A stretch of 64,000 bases of DNA from the human T2T-CHM13v2.0 reference genome, Homo sapiens. This document shows, in pieces, positions 27,501 through 42,649 of the stretch (its first letter is position 1; every line of letters begins with the position of its first letter). Below the pieces are notes generated by a model, which saw only the letters and a program-made list of their open reading frames with translations, ran no database searches and was not told the DNA's origin. Position numbers and translations under genes: made by a program. The stretch lies in NCBI RefSeq assembly GCF_009914755.1, contig NC_060948.1. One strand, given 5' to 3'.

Positions 27501-30500
27501 TGAAATGGACTGGAAAGGAATGGACTCAAATTGAAAGGGCTCGAAAGGAATGGAGTCAAATGGAATGGTCTGGAATGGAATGAACACGAATGTAATGCAA
27601 TCCAATAGAATGGAATCGAATGGCATGGAATATAAAGAAATGGAATCGGAGAGAATGGAAACAAATGGAATGGAATTGAATGGAATGGAATTGAATGGAA
27701 TGGGAACGAATGGAGTGAAATTGTATGCAGTAGAAGGGAATAGAATGGAATGCAAGCGAAAGGAAAGGAATGGATTGGAATGGAATGGAATTCATTGGAA
27801 TGGAAGGGAATGTAGTGTAATGGACAGGCCTGGAATAAAGTGGAATGCTACGGTCTCGAATGGAATAAAAATGTATGGAATGGAATGCAATGAAACGGAA
27901 TCGAATGTCATAGAATGTAATGGAATGCAAAAAAATGGAATCCTAAATCATTGACTGGAAAGGCTGGGTGTCGAAAGGAATTGACTCCAATGGAATGGAA
28001 TCGAATGGAATGGAAGTGAATAGAATCGAACTAAATCGAATGGAATGGAATTGATAGGAACGGAATGGAAAGGAATGCAATGATTTGGCATGGAATGGAA
28101 TCGAATGGCATCGAATGGAATGGAATGGAATGCAATGGAATGGAATGTATTAGAATGTAATGAACTTTAATGGAATGTACTCGAATGGATTCGACTGGAA
28201 TGGAATGTTCTGGAAGTGAATGGACTCCAATGGAATGGATTCAAAAGGAATGGAATCGTACGGAAAGGAATCTAATGGAATGGAATTAAATGGAAATGAA
28301 TCAAATTGAATAGCACGGAATTGAATTGAATGGAATGGAATGCAATGGAATCTAATGAAACGGAAAGGAAAGGAATGGAATGGAATGGAATGGGCTGGAA
28401 TGGAAAGGAATCGAAACGAATGGAATGGAATCGAACTGAAGAGACTGGAACGGAATGCACTGGAATGGAAGGGAGTGTAATGGAAGGTTCTCGAAAAAAA
28501 TGGAATCGAATGGAATGGAATTGAATGGAACGGAATAGAGTCGAATGGAATTGAATGGAATGGAATGGACTAGAGTGAAATGGAATCGAACCACAAGGAA
28601 TGGACAGGAATAGAATGGTCTCGAATTGAATGGAATCGTATGGAATGGCATCAAACGGAATGGAATGGACAGCCACGGAATGGAATGCACTCGAATGCAA
28701 TGGAGTCGAAACTAATGGACTGGAATAGAATGGACTCGACTGGTACGGACTCCAATGGAATGGAATCGAATGGAAGGGAATCGAACGGAATGGACTCGAA
28801 GGGAAAAGACTGCAATGGAAAGGTCTCGAATGGAATGCAAATTAATGGAATGGAATGGAATCGAATGAAATGGAGTCAAAAGGAATGGAATCGAATGGCA
28901 AGAAATCGAATGTAATGGAATCGCAAGGAATTGATGTGAACGGAACGGAATGGAATGGAATCCAAAGGAATGGAATAGAATGGAATGGAATCGAATGGAA
29001 AGGACTCGAATGGAAATCACTCGAATAGAATGCAATTTAATAAAATAGGATCAAATGTAATGGAATGGAATGGAAAGGAATCGAAACGAAAGGAATGGAG
29101 ACAGATGGAATGGAATGGAACGGAGAGCAATGCTATAGAATGGAATGGAATCATCTGGAATGGAATTGAATGGAATGGAATAATATGAAATGGAATGGAA
29201 TGGAATGGAATGGAATGCCCTTGAATTAAATGGACTGGAATGGAATGGACTCGAACAGAGTGGAATGGAAAGTGTTGAGATAGAATGGAATGGACTCCTT
29301 TGGAATGGTGTAGTATGCAATGCAATCGACTGGCAGGGAATCAAAAGGAATGTAATCGAATGGATTGGACTGGAATGCAATGGACTCGAATTGATTGGAA
29401 ACGGAATGCAAAGGAATGGAATGGAATAGTATGGAATGGAATGGAAAGGAATGGAGTGGAATAGACTAGAGTGGAATGGAATGGACTGGAAAGCAATGGA
29501 CTGGAATGGAACTTTCTTGAATGGACTGGAATCAAACGGAATGGAATGCAATGCAATCAAATGGCATGGAATAAAATAGAATGAAAGAGAATCAAATGGA
29601 ATTGAATCGAATGGAATCGAATGGATTGGAAAGGAATAGAATGGAATGGAATGGAATTGACTCAAATGGAATGGACTAGAATGGAATGGATTCGAATGGA
29701 AGGCAAAGGAATGGAATCTATTGGAATGGACTGTAATGGAATGGAATGGAAGGGATTGGAATGGACTCGAATGGAATGGACTGCAATAGAAAGGATTCGA
29801 ATGGAATGAAAAAGAATTGAATGGAATAGAACAGAATGGAATCAAATCGAATGAAATGGAATGGAATAGAAAGGAATGGAATGAAATGGAATGGAAAGGA
29901 TTCGAATGGAATGCAATCGAATGGAATGGAATCGAACGGAATGGAATAAAATGGAAGAAAACTGGCAAGAAATGGAATCGAAATGAATGGAGTGTTATGG
30001 AACGGAGTCAAAAGGAATTGAATGTAATAGAATGGAGTGGAGTGGCCTCGAATATAATGGACTGGAATGGAATGAAATCACATGGAATGGGAACGAATGG
30101 AATGGAATGGAAAGGAATGGAATCGAATGGAAAGGAATCGAATGGAAGGGAATGAAATTGAATCAACAGGAATGGAAGGGAATAGAATAGACGGTAATGG
30201 AATGGACTCGAATAGAATTGACACGAATGCTCAAATTGAATGGACTCGAATGGAATGGAAACGAAAGGAATGTCATCGAATGGAATTGAATCGATTGGAA
30301 TGAAATCGCATAGAATGGAGTGGAATCAAATGGAATTGAATCGAAAGGAAAGGAAGCGAATGGACTGAAATGAAATGGAATGGAATTGAATGGAAAGTAA
30401 TGCAATGGAATAGAATGGAACGAAATTTCACGGAATGGAATCAAACTGAATGGAATCAAATGAATGGAATCTAATCAAATGGAATGGAAAGGAATTGAAT

Positions 30501-33500
30501 GGAGTAGATTGGATTGGATGGGATTGGAATGAAATGTACTGGAAAGGACTCGAATTTCATGAAACGGAATGGAATGAATTGGAACGGAATGGACTCGAAT
30601 GGAATGGAATGTCATGGAATGGCATCAAATGGAATGGCATCAAATGGAATGGAATCGAATGCAATGGAATATTATGGAATGGAATGGAATGCATTGGAAT
30701 GGAATGTCCTCTAATGGAATGGATTCGAGTGGAATGGAATCGAATATAATGGAGTCGAATGAAATGGAATTGAAAGGAATGGGATCGAATAGAATGGAAT
30801 ATACTGGAATGTAATGTAATGAACTCGAATGTAATTGACTGGAATAGAATGTACATGAATGGAAGGTAATCGAATGGAAAGTAATCCAATGGAATAGAAT
30901 CTAATGCAATAAAACCGACTCAGATAGAGTAGAATGTAATGGAATGGAGTGCAGTGCAATGGAATGGAATGGAATTGAATGCAATGGAATGGAATGGAAT
31001 GGAATGGAATGGAATGGAATGGGATGGAATGGTATGGAATGGATAGAAATGGACTGGAGTGAAATGGACTGGAAAGGAATGGACTCAAATTGAAAGGGCT
31101 CGAAAGGAATGGAGTCAAATGGAATGGTCTGGAATGGAATGAACACGAATGTAATGCAATCCAATAGAATGGAATCGAATGGCATGGAATATAAAGAAAT
31201 GGATACGAAGAGAATGGAAACAAATGGAATGGAATTGCATGGAATGGAATTGAATGGAATGGGAACGAATGGAGTGAAATTGTATGCAGTAGAAGGGAAT
31301 AGAATGGAATGCAAGCGAAAGGAAAGGAATGGATTGGAATGGAATGGAATTCATTGGAATGGAAGGGAATGTAGTGTAATGGACAGGCCTGGAATAAAGT
31401 GGAATGCTACGGTCTCGAATGGAATAAAAATGTATGGAATGGAATGCAATGAAACGGAATCGAATGTCATAGAATGTAATGGAATGCAACAAAATGGAAT
31501 CCAAAATCATTGACTGGAAAGGCTGGGTGTCGAAAGGAATTGACTCCAATGGAATGGAATCGAATGGAATGGAAGTGAATAGAATCGAACTAAATCGAAT
31601 GGAATGGAATTGATAGGAACGGAATGGAAAGGAATGCAATGATTTGGCATGGAATGGAATCGAATGGCATCGAATGGAATGGAATGGAATGCAATGGAAT
31701 GGAATGTATTAGAATGTAATGAACTTTAATGGAATGTACTCGAATGGATTCGACTGGAATGGAATGTTCTGGAAGTGAATGGACTCCAATGGAATGGATT
31801 CAAAAGGAATGGAATCGTACGGAATGGAATCTAATGGAATGGAATTAAATGGAAATGAATCAAATTGAATAGCACGGAATTGAATTGAATGGAATGGAAT
31901 GCAATGGAATCTAATGAAACGGAAAGGAAAGGAATGGAATGGAATGGAATGGGCTGGAATGGAAAGGAATCGAAACGAATGGAATGGAATCGAACTGAAG
32001 AGACTGGAATGGAATGCACTGGAATGGAAGGGAGTGTAATGGAAGGTTCTCGAAAAAAATGGAATCGAATGGAATGGAATTGAATGGAACGGAATAGAGT
32101 CGAATGGAATTGAATGGAATGGAATGGACTAGAGTGAAATGGAATCGAACCACAAGGAATGGAGAGGAATAGAATGGTCTCGAATTGAATGGAATCATAT
32201 GGAATGGCATCAAACGGAATGGAATGGACAGCCACGGAATGGAATGCACTCGAATGCAATGGAGTCGAAACTAATGGACTGGAATAGAATGGACTGGACT
32301 GGTACGGACTCCGATGGAATGGAATCGAATGGAAGGGAATCGAACGGAATGGACTCGAAGGGAAAAGACTGCAATGGAAAGGTCTCGAATGGAATGGAAA
32401 TTAATGGAATGGAATGGAATCGAATGAAATGGAGTCAAAAGGAATGGAATCGAATGGCAAGAAATCGAATGTAATGGAATCGCAAGGAATTGATGTGAAC
32501 GGAACGGAATGGAATGGAATCCAAAGGAATGGAATAGAATGGAATGGAATCGAATGGAAAGGACTCGAATGGCAATCACTCGAATAGAATGCAATTTAAT
32601 AAAATAGGATCAAATGTAATGGAATGGAATGGAAAGGAATCGAAACGAAAGGAATGGAGACAGATGGAATGGAATGGAACAGAGAGCAATGGTATAGAAT
32701 GGAACGGAATCATCTGGAATGGAATTGAATGGAATGGAATAATATGAAATGGAATGGAATGGAATGGAATGGAATGCCCTTGAATTAAATGGACTGGAAT
32801 GGAATGGACTCGAACAGAGTGGAATGGAAAGTGTTGAGATAGAATGGAATGGACTCCTTTGGAATGGTCTAGTATGCAATGCAATCGACTGGCAGGGAAT
32901 CAAAAGGAATGTAATCGAATGGATTGGACTGGAATGCAATGGACTCGAATAGATTGGAAACGGAATGCAAAGGAATGGAATGGAATAGTATGGAATGGAA
33001 TGGAAAGGAATGGAGTGGAATAGACTAGAGTGGAATGGAATGGACTGGAAAGCAATGGACTGGAATGGAACTTTCTTGAATGGACTGGAATCAAACGGAA
33101 TGGAATGCAATGCAATCAAATGGCATGGAATAAAATAGAATGAAAGAGAATCAAATGGAATTGAATCGAATGGAATCGAATGGATTGGAAAGGAATAGAA
33201 TGGAATGGAATGGAATTGACTCAAATGGAATGGACTAGAATGGAATGGATTCGAATGGAAGGCAAAGGAATGGAATCTATTGGAATGGACTGTAATGGAA
33301 TGGAATGGAAGGGATTGGAATGGACTCGAATGGAATGGACTGCAATAGAAAGGATTCGAATGGAATGAAAAAGAATTGAATGGAATAGAACAGAATGGAA
33401 TCAAATCGAATGAAATGGAATGGAATAGAAAGGAATGGAATGAAATGGAATGGAAAGGATTCGAATGGAATGCAATCGAATGGAATGGAATCGAACGGAA

Positions 33501-36500
33501 TGGAATAAAATGGAAGAAAACTGGCAAGAAATGGAATCGAAATGAATGGAGTGTTATGGAACGGACTCAAAAGGAATTGAATGTAATAGAATGGAGTGGA
33601 GTGGACTCGAATATAATGGACTGGAATGGAATGAAATCACATGGAATGGGAACGAATGGAATGGAATGGAAAGGAATGGAATCGAATGGAAAGGAATCGA
33701 ATGGAAGGGAATGAAATTGAATCAACAGGAATGGAAGGGAATAGAATAGACGGTAATGGAATGGACTCGAATAGAATGGACACGAATGCTCAAATTGAAT
33801 GGACTCGAATGGAATGGAAACGAAAGGAATGTCATCGAATGGAATTGAATCGATTGGAATGAAATCGCATAGAATGGAGTGGAATCAAATGGAATTGAAT
33901 CGAAAGGAAAGGAAGCGAATGGACTGAAATGAAATGGAATGGAATTGAATGGAAAGTAATGCAATGGAATAGAATGGAACGAAATTTCACGGAATGGAAT
34001 CAAACTGAATGGAATCAAATCAATGGAATCTAATCAAATGGAATGGAAAGGAATTGAATGGAGTAGATTGGATTGGATGGGATTGGAATGAAATGTACTG
34101 GAAAGGACTCGAATTTCATGAAACGGAATGGAATGAATTGGAACGGAACGGACTCGAATGGAATGGAATGTCATGGAATGGCATCAAATGGAATGGCATC
34201 AAATGGAATGGAATCGAATGCAATGGAATGTTACGGAATGGAATGGAATGCATTGGAATGGAATGTCCTCTAATGGAATGGATTCGAGTGGAATGGAATC
34301 GAATATAATGGAGTCGAATGAAATGGAATTGAAAGGAATGGGATCGAATAGAATGGAATATACTGGAATGTAATGTAATGAACTCGAATGTAATTGACTG
34401 GAATGGAATGTACATGAATGGAAGGTAATCGAATGGAAAGTAATCCAATGGAATAGAATCTAATGCAATAAAATCGACTCAGATAGAGTAGAATGTAATG
34501 GAATGGAGTGCAGTGCAATGGAATGGAATGGAATTGAATGCAATGGAATGGAATGGAATGGAATGGAATGGAATGGAATGGAATGGAATGGGATGGAATG
34601 GTATGGAATGGATAGTAATGGACTGGAGTGAAATGGACTGGAAAGGAATGGACTCAAATTGAAAGGGCTCGAAAGGAATGGAGTCAAATGGAATGGTCTG
34701 GAATGGAATGAACACGAATGTAATGCAATCCAATAGAATGGAATCGAATGGCATGGAATATAAAGAAATGGATTCGAAGAGAATGGAAACAAATGGAATG
34801 GAATTGAATGGAATGGAATTGAATGGAATGGGAACGAATGGAGTGAAATTGTATGCAGTAGAAGGGAATAGAATGGAATGCAAGCGAAAGGAAAGGAATG
34901 GATTGGAATGGAATGGAATTCATTGGAATGGAAGGGAATGTAGTGTAATGGACAGGCCTGGAATAAAGTGGAATGCTACGGTCTCGAATGGAATAAAAAT
35001 GTATGGAATGGAATACAAAGAAACGGAATCGAATGTCATAGAATGTAATGGAATGCAACAAAATGGAATCCAAAATCATTGACTGGAAAGGCTGGGTGTC
35101 GAAAGGAATTGACTCCAATGGAATGGAATCGAATGGAATGGAAGTGAATAGAATCGAACTAAATCGAATGGAATGGAATTGATAGGAACGGAATGGAAAG
35201 GAATGCAATGATTTGGCATGGAATGGAATCGAATGGCATCGAATGGAATGGAATGGAATGCAATGGAATGGAATGTATTAGAATGTAATGAACTTTAATG
35301 GAATGTACTCGAATGGATTCGACTGGAATGGAATGTTCTGGAAGTGAATGGACTCCAATGGAATGGATTCAAAAGGAATGGAATCGTACGGAATGGAATC
35401 TAATGGAATGGAATTAAATGGAAATGAATCAAATTGAATAGCACGGAATTGAATTGAATGGAATGGAATGCAATGGAATCTAATGAAACGGAAAGGAAAG
35501 GAATGGAATGGAATGGAATGGGCTGGAATGGAAAGGAATCGAAACGAATGGAATGGAATCGAACTGAAGAGACTGGAATGGAATGCAATGGAATGGAATG
35601 CACTGGAATGGAAGGGAGTGTAATGGAAGGTTCTCGAAAAAAATGGAATCGAATGGAATGGAATTGAATGGAACGGAATAGAGTCGAATGGAATTGAATG
35701 GAATGGAATGGACTAGAGTGAAATGGAATCAAACCACAAGGAATGGAGAGGAATAGAATGGTCTCGAATTGAATGGAATCGTATGGAATGGCATCAAACG
35801 GAATGGAATGGACAGCCACGGAATGGAATGCACTCGAATGCAATGGAGTCGAAACTAATGGACTGGAATAGAATGGACTCGACTGGTACGGACTCCAATG
35901 CAATGGAATCGAATGGAAGGGAATCGAACGGAATGGACTCGAAGGGAAAAGACTGCAATGGAAAGGTCTCGAATGGAATGGAAATTAATGGAATGGAATG
36001 GAATGGAATGAAATGGAGTCAAAAGGAATGGAATCGAATGGCAAGAAATCGAATGTAATGGAATCGCAAGGAATTGATGTGAACGGAACGGAATGGAATG
36101 GAATCCAAAGGAATGGAATAGAATGGAATGGAATCGAATGGAAAGGACTCGAATGGAAATCACTCGAATAGAATGCAATTTAATAAAATAGGATCAAATG
36201 TAATGGAATGGAATGGAAAGGAATCGAAACGAAAGGAATGGAGACAGATGGAATGGAATAGAACAGAGAGCAATGGTATAGAATGGAATGGAATCATCTG
36301 GAATGGAATTGAATGGAATGGAATAATATGAAATGGAATGGAATGGAATGGAATGGAATGCCCTTGAATTAAATGGACTGGAATGGAATGGACTCGAACA
36401 GAGTGGAATGGAAAGTGTTGAGATAGAATGGAATGGACTCCTTTGGAATGGTGTAGTATGCAATGCAATCGACTGGCAGGGAATCAAAAGGAATGTAATG

Positions 36501-39500
36501 GAATGGACTGGACTGGAATGCAATGGACTCGAATAGATTGGAAACGGAATGCAAAGAAATGGAATGGAATAGTATGGAATGGAATGGAAAGGAATGGAGT
36601 GGAATAGACTAGAGTGGAATGGAATGGACTGGAAAGCAATGGACTGGAATGGAACTTTCTTGAATGGACTGGAATCAAACGGAATGGAATGCAATGCAAT
36701 CAAATGGCATGGAATAAAATAGAATGAAAGAGAATCAAATGGAATTGAATCGAATGGAATCGAATGGATTGGAAAGGAATAGAATGGAATGGAATGGAAT
36801 GGACTCAAATGGAATGGACTAGAATGGAATGGATTCGAATGGAAGGCAAAGGAATGGAATCTATTGGAATGGACTGTAATGGAATGGAATGGAAGGGATT
36901 GGAATGGACTCGAATGGAATGGACTGCAATAGAAAGGATTCGAATGGAATGAAAAAGAATTGAATGGAATAGAACAGAATGGAATCAAATCGAATGAAAT
37001 GGAATGGAATAGAAAGGAATGGAATGAAATGGAATGGAAAGGATTCGAATGGAATGCAATCGAATGGAATGGAATCGAACGGAATGGAATAAAATGGAAG
37101 AAAACTGGCAAGAAATGGAATCGAAATGAATGGAGTGTTATGGAACGGACTCAAAAGGAATTGAATGTAATAGAATGGAGTGGAGTGGACTCGAATATAA
37201 TGGACTGGAATGGAATGAAATCACATGGAATGGGAACGAATGGAATGGAATGGAAAGGAATGGAATCGAATGGAAGGGAATGAAATTGAATCAACAGGAA
37301 TGGAAGGGAATAGAATAGACGGTAATGGAATGGACTCGAATAGAATGGACACGAATGCTCAAATTGAATGGACTCGAATGGAATGGAAACGAAAGGAATG
37401 TCATCGAATGGAATTGAATCGATTGGAATGAAATCGCATAGAATGGAGTGGAATCAAATGGAATTGAATCGAAAGGAAAGGAAGCGAATGGACTGAAATG
37501 AAATGGAATGGAATTGAATGGAAAGTAATGCAATGGAATAGAATGGAACGAAATTTCACGGAATGGAATCAAACTGAATGGAATCAAATCAATGGAATCA
37601 AATCAAATGGAATGGAAAGGAATTGAATGGAGTAGATTGGATTGGATGGGATTGGAATGAAATGTACTGGAAAGGACTCGAATTTCATGAAACGGAATGG
37701 AATGAATTGGAACGGAATGGACTCGAATGGAATGGAATGTCATGGAATGGCATCAAATGGAACGGCATCAAATGGAATAGAATCGAATGCAATGGAATGC
37801 TATGGAATGGAATGGAATGCATTGGAATGGAATGTCCTCTAATGGAATGGATTCGAGTGGAATGGAATCGAATATAATGGAGTCGAATGAAATGGAATTG
37901 AAAGGAATGGGATCGAATACAATGGAATATACTGGAATGTAACGTAATGAACTCGAATGTAATTGACTGGAATGGAATGTACATGAATGGAATGTAATCG
38001 AATGGAAAGTAATCCAATGGAATAGAATCTAATGCAATAAAATCGACTCAGATAGAGTAGAATGTAATGGAATGGAGTTCAGTGCAATGGAATGGAATGG
38101 AATGGAATGCAATTGAATGGAATGGAATGGAATGGAATGGAATGGAATGGGATGGAATGGTATGGAATGGATAGTAATGGACTGGAGTGAAATGGACTGG
38201 AAAGGAATGGACTCAAATTGAAAGGGCTCGAAAGGAATGGAGTCAAATGGAATGGTCTGGAATGGAATGAACACGAATGTAATGCAATCCAATAGAATGG
38301 AATCGAATGGCATGGAATATAAAGAAATGGAATCGGAGAGAATGGAAACAAATGGAATGGAATTGAATGGAATGGAATTGAATGGAATGGGAACGAATGG
38401 AGTGAAATTGTATGCAGTAGAAGGGAATAGAATGGAATGCAAGCGAAAGGAAAGGAATGGATTGGAATGGAATGGAATTCATTGGAATGGAAGGGAATGT
38501 AGTGTAATGGACAGGCCTGGAATAAAGTGGAATGCTACGGTCTCGAATGGGATAAAAATGTATGGAATGGAATGCAATGAAATGGAATCGAATGTCATAG
38601 AATGTAATGGAATGCAACAAAATGGAATCCAAAATCATTGACTGGAAAGGCTGGGTGTCGAAAGGAATTGACTCCAATGGAATGGAATCGAATGGAATGG
38701 AAGTGAATAGAATCGAACTAAATCGAATGGAATGGAATTGATAGGAACGGAATGGAAAGGAATGCAATGATTTGGCATGGAATGGAATCGAATGGCATCG
38801 AATGGAATGGAATGGAATGCAATGGAATGGAATGTATTAGAATGTAATGAACTTTAATGGAATGTACTCGAATGGATTCGACTGGAATGGAATGTTCTGG
38901 AAGTGAATGGACTCCAATGGAATGGATTCCAAAGGAATGGAATCGTACGGAATGGAATCTAATGGAATGGAATTAAATGGAAATGAATCAAATTGAATAG
39001 CACGGAATTGAATTGAATGGAATGGAATGCAATGGAATCTAATGAAACGGAAAGGAAAGGAATGGAATGGAATGGAATGGGCTGGAATGGAAAGGAATCG
39101 AAACGAATGGAATGGAATCGAACTGAAGAGACTGGAATGGAATGCACTGGAATGGAAGGGAGTGTAATGGAAGGTTCTCGAAAAAAATGGAATCGAATGG
39201 AATGGAATTGAATGGAACGGAATAGAGTCGAATGGAATTGAATGGAATGGAATGGACTAGAGTGATATGGAATCGAACCACAAGGAATGGAGAGGAATAG
39301 AATGGTCTCGAATTGAATGGAATCGTATGGAGTGGCATCAAACGGAATGGAATGGACAGCCACGGAATGGAATGCACTCGAATGCAATGGAGTCGAAACT
39401 AATGGACTGGAATAGAATGGACTCGACTGGTACGGACTCCAATGGAATGGAATCGAATGGAAGGGAATCGAACGGAATGGACTCGAAGGGAAAAGACTGC

Positions 39501-42500
39501 AATGGAAAGGTCTCGAATGGAATGGAAATTAATGGAATGGAATGGAATCGAATGAAATGGAGTCAAAAGGAATGGAATCGAATGGCAACAAATCGAATGT
39601 AATGGAATCGCAAGGAATTGATGTGAAAGGAACGGAATGGAATGGAATCCAAAGGAATGGAATAGAATGGAATGGAATCGAATGGAAAGGACTCGAATGG
39701 AAATCACTCGAATAGAATGCAATTTAATAAAATAGGATCAAATGTAATGGAATGGAATGGAAAGGAATCGAAACGAAAGGAATGGAGACAGATGGAATGG
39801 AATGGAACAGAGAGCAATGGTATAGAATGGAATGGAATCATCTGGAATGGAATTGAATGGAATGGAATAATATGAAATGGAATGGAATGGAATGGAATGG
39901 AATGCCCTTGAATTAAATGGACTGGAATGGAATGGACTCGAACAGAGTGGAATGGAAAGTGTTGAGATAGAATGGAATGGACTCCTTTGGAATGGTGTAG
40001 TATGCAATGCAATCGACTGGCAGGGAATCAAAAGGAATGTAATGGAATGGACTGGACTGGAATGCAATGGACTCGAATAGATTGGAAACGGAATGCAAAG
40101 AAATGGAATGGAATAGTATGGAATGGAATGGAAAGGAATGGAGTGGAATAGACTAGAGTGGAATGGAATGGACTGGAAAGCAATGGACTGGAATGGAACT
40201 TTCTTGAATGGACTGGAATCAAACGGAATGGAATGCAATGCAATCAAATGGCATGGAATAAAATAGAATGAAAGAGAATCAAATGGAATTGAATCGAATG
40301 GAATCGAATGGATTGGAAAGGAATAGAATGGAATGGAATGGAATGGACTCAAATGGAATGGACTAGAATGGAATGGATTCGAATGGAAGGCAAAGGAATG
40401 GAATCTATTGGAATGGACTGTAATGGAATGGAATGGAAGGGATTGGAATGGACTCGAATGGAATGGACTGCAATAGAAAGGATTCGAATGGAATGAAAAA
40501 GAATTGAATGGAATAGAACAGAATGGAATCAAATCGAATGAAATGGAATGGAATAGAAAGTAATGGAATGAAATGGAATGGAAAGGATTCGAATGGAATG
40601 CAATCGAATGGAATGGAATCGAACGGAATGGAATAAAATGGAAGAAAACTGGCAAGAAATGGAATCGAAATGAATGGAGTGTTATGGAACGGACTCAAAA
40701 GGAATTGAATGTAATAGAGTGGAGTGGAGTGGACTCGAATATAATGGACTGGAATGGAATGAAATCACATGGAATGGGAACGAATGGAATGGAATGGAAA
40801 GGAATGGAATCGAATGGAAAGGAATCGAATGGAAGGGAATGAAATTGAATCAACAGGAATGGAAGGGAATAGAATAGACGGTAATGGAATGGACTCGAAT
40901 AGAATGGACACGAATGCTGAAATGGAATGGACTCGAATGGAATGGAAACGAAAGGAATGTCATCGAATGGAATTGAATCGATTGGAATGAAATCGCATAG
41001 AATGGAGTGGAATCAAATGGAATTGAATCGAAAGGAAAGGAAGCGAATGGACTGAAATGAAATGGAATGGAATTGAATGGAAAGTAACGCAATGGAATAG
41101 AATGGAACGAAATTTCACGGAATGGAATCAAACTGAATGGAATCAAATCAATGGAATCAAATCAAATGGAATGGAAAGGAATTGAATGGAGTAGATTGGA
41201 TTGGATGGGATTGGAATGAAATGTACTGGAAAGGACTCGAATTTCATGAAACGGAATGGAATGAATTGGAACGGAATGGACTCGAATGGAATGGAATGTC
41301 ATGGAATGGCATCAAATGGAATGGCATCAAATGGAATGGAATCGAATGCAATGGAATGCTATGGAATGGAATGGAATGCATTGGAATGGAATGTCCTCTA
41401 ATGGAATGGATTCGAGTGGAATGGAATCGAATATAATGGAGTCGAATGAAATGGAATTGAAAGGAATGGGATCGAATAGAATGGAATATACTGGAATGTA
41501 ATGTAATGAACTCGAATGTAATTGACTGGAATGGAATGTACATGAATGGAATGTAATCGAATGGAAAGTAATCCAATGGAATAGAATCTAATGCAATAAA
41601 ACCGACTCAGATAGAGTAGAATGTAATGGAATGGAGTGCAGTGCAATGGAAGGGAATGGAATTGAATGCAATGGAATGGAATGGAATGGAATGGAATGGA
41701 ATGGAATGGAATGGAATGGAATGGGATGGAATGGTATGGAATGGATAGTAATGGACTGGAGTGAAATGGACTGGAAAGGAATGGACTCAAATTGAAAGGG
41801 CTCGAAAGGAATGGAGTCAAATGGAATGGTCTGGAATGGAATGAACACGAATGTAATGCAATCCAATAGAATGGAATCGAATGGCATGGAATATAAAGAA
41901 ATGGAATCGAAGAGAATGGAAACAAATGGAATGGAATTGAATGGAATGGAATTGAATGGAATGGGAACGAATGGAGTGAAATTGTATGCAGTAGAAGGGA
42001 ATAGAATGGAATGCAAGCGAAAGGAAAGGAATGGATTGGAATGGAATGGAATTCATTGGAATGGAAGGGAATGTAGTGTAATGGACAGGCCTGGAATAAA
42101 GTGGAATGCTACGGTCTCGAATGGAATAAAAATGTATGGAATGGAATGCAATGAAACGGAATCGAATGTCATAGAATGTAATGGAATGCAAAAAAATGGA
42201 CTCCAAAATCATTGACTGGAAAGGCTGGGTGTCGAAAGGAATTGACTCCAATGGAATGGAATCGAATGGAATGGAAGTGAATAGAATCGAACTAAATCGA
42301 ATGGAATGGAATTGATAGGAACGGAATGGAAAGGAATGCAATGATTTGGCATGGAATGGAATCGAATGGCATCGAATGGAATGGAATGGAATGCAATGGA
42401 ATGGAATGTATTAGAATGTAATGAACTTTAATGGAATGTACTCGAATGGATTCGACTGGAATGGAATGTTCTGGAAGTGAATGGACTCCAATGGAATGGA

Positions 42501-42649
42501 TTCCAAAGGAATGGAATCGTACGGAATGGAATCTAATGGAATGGAATTAAATGGAAATGAATCAAATTGAATAGCACGGAATTGAATTGAATGGAATGGA
42601 ATGCAATGGAATCTAATGAAACGGAAAGGAAAGGAATGGAATGGAATGG

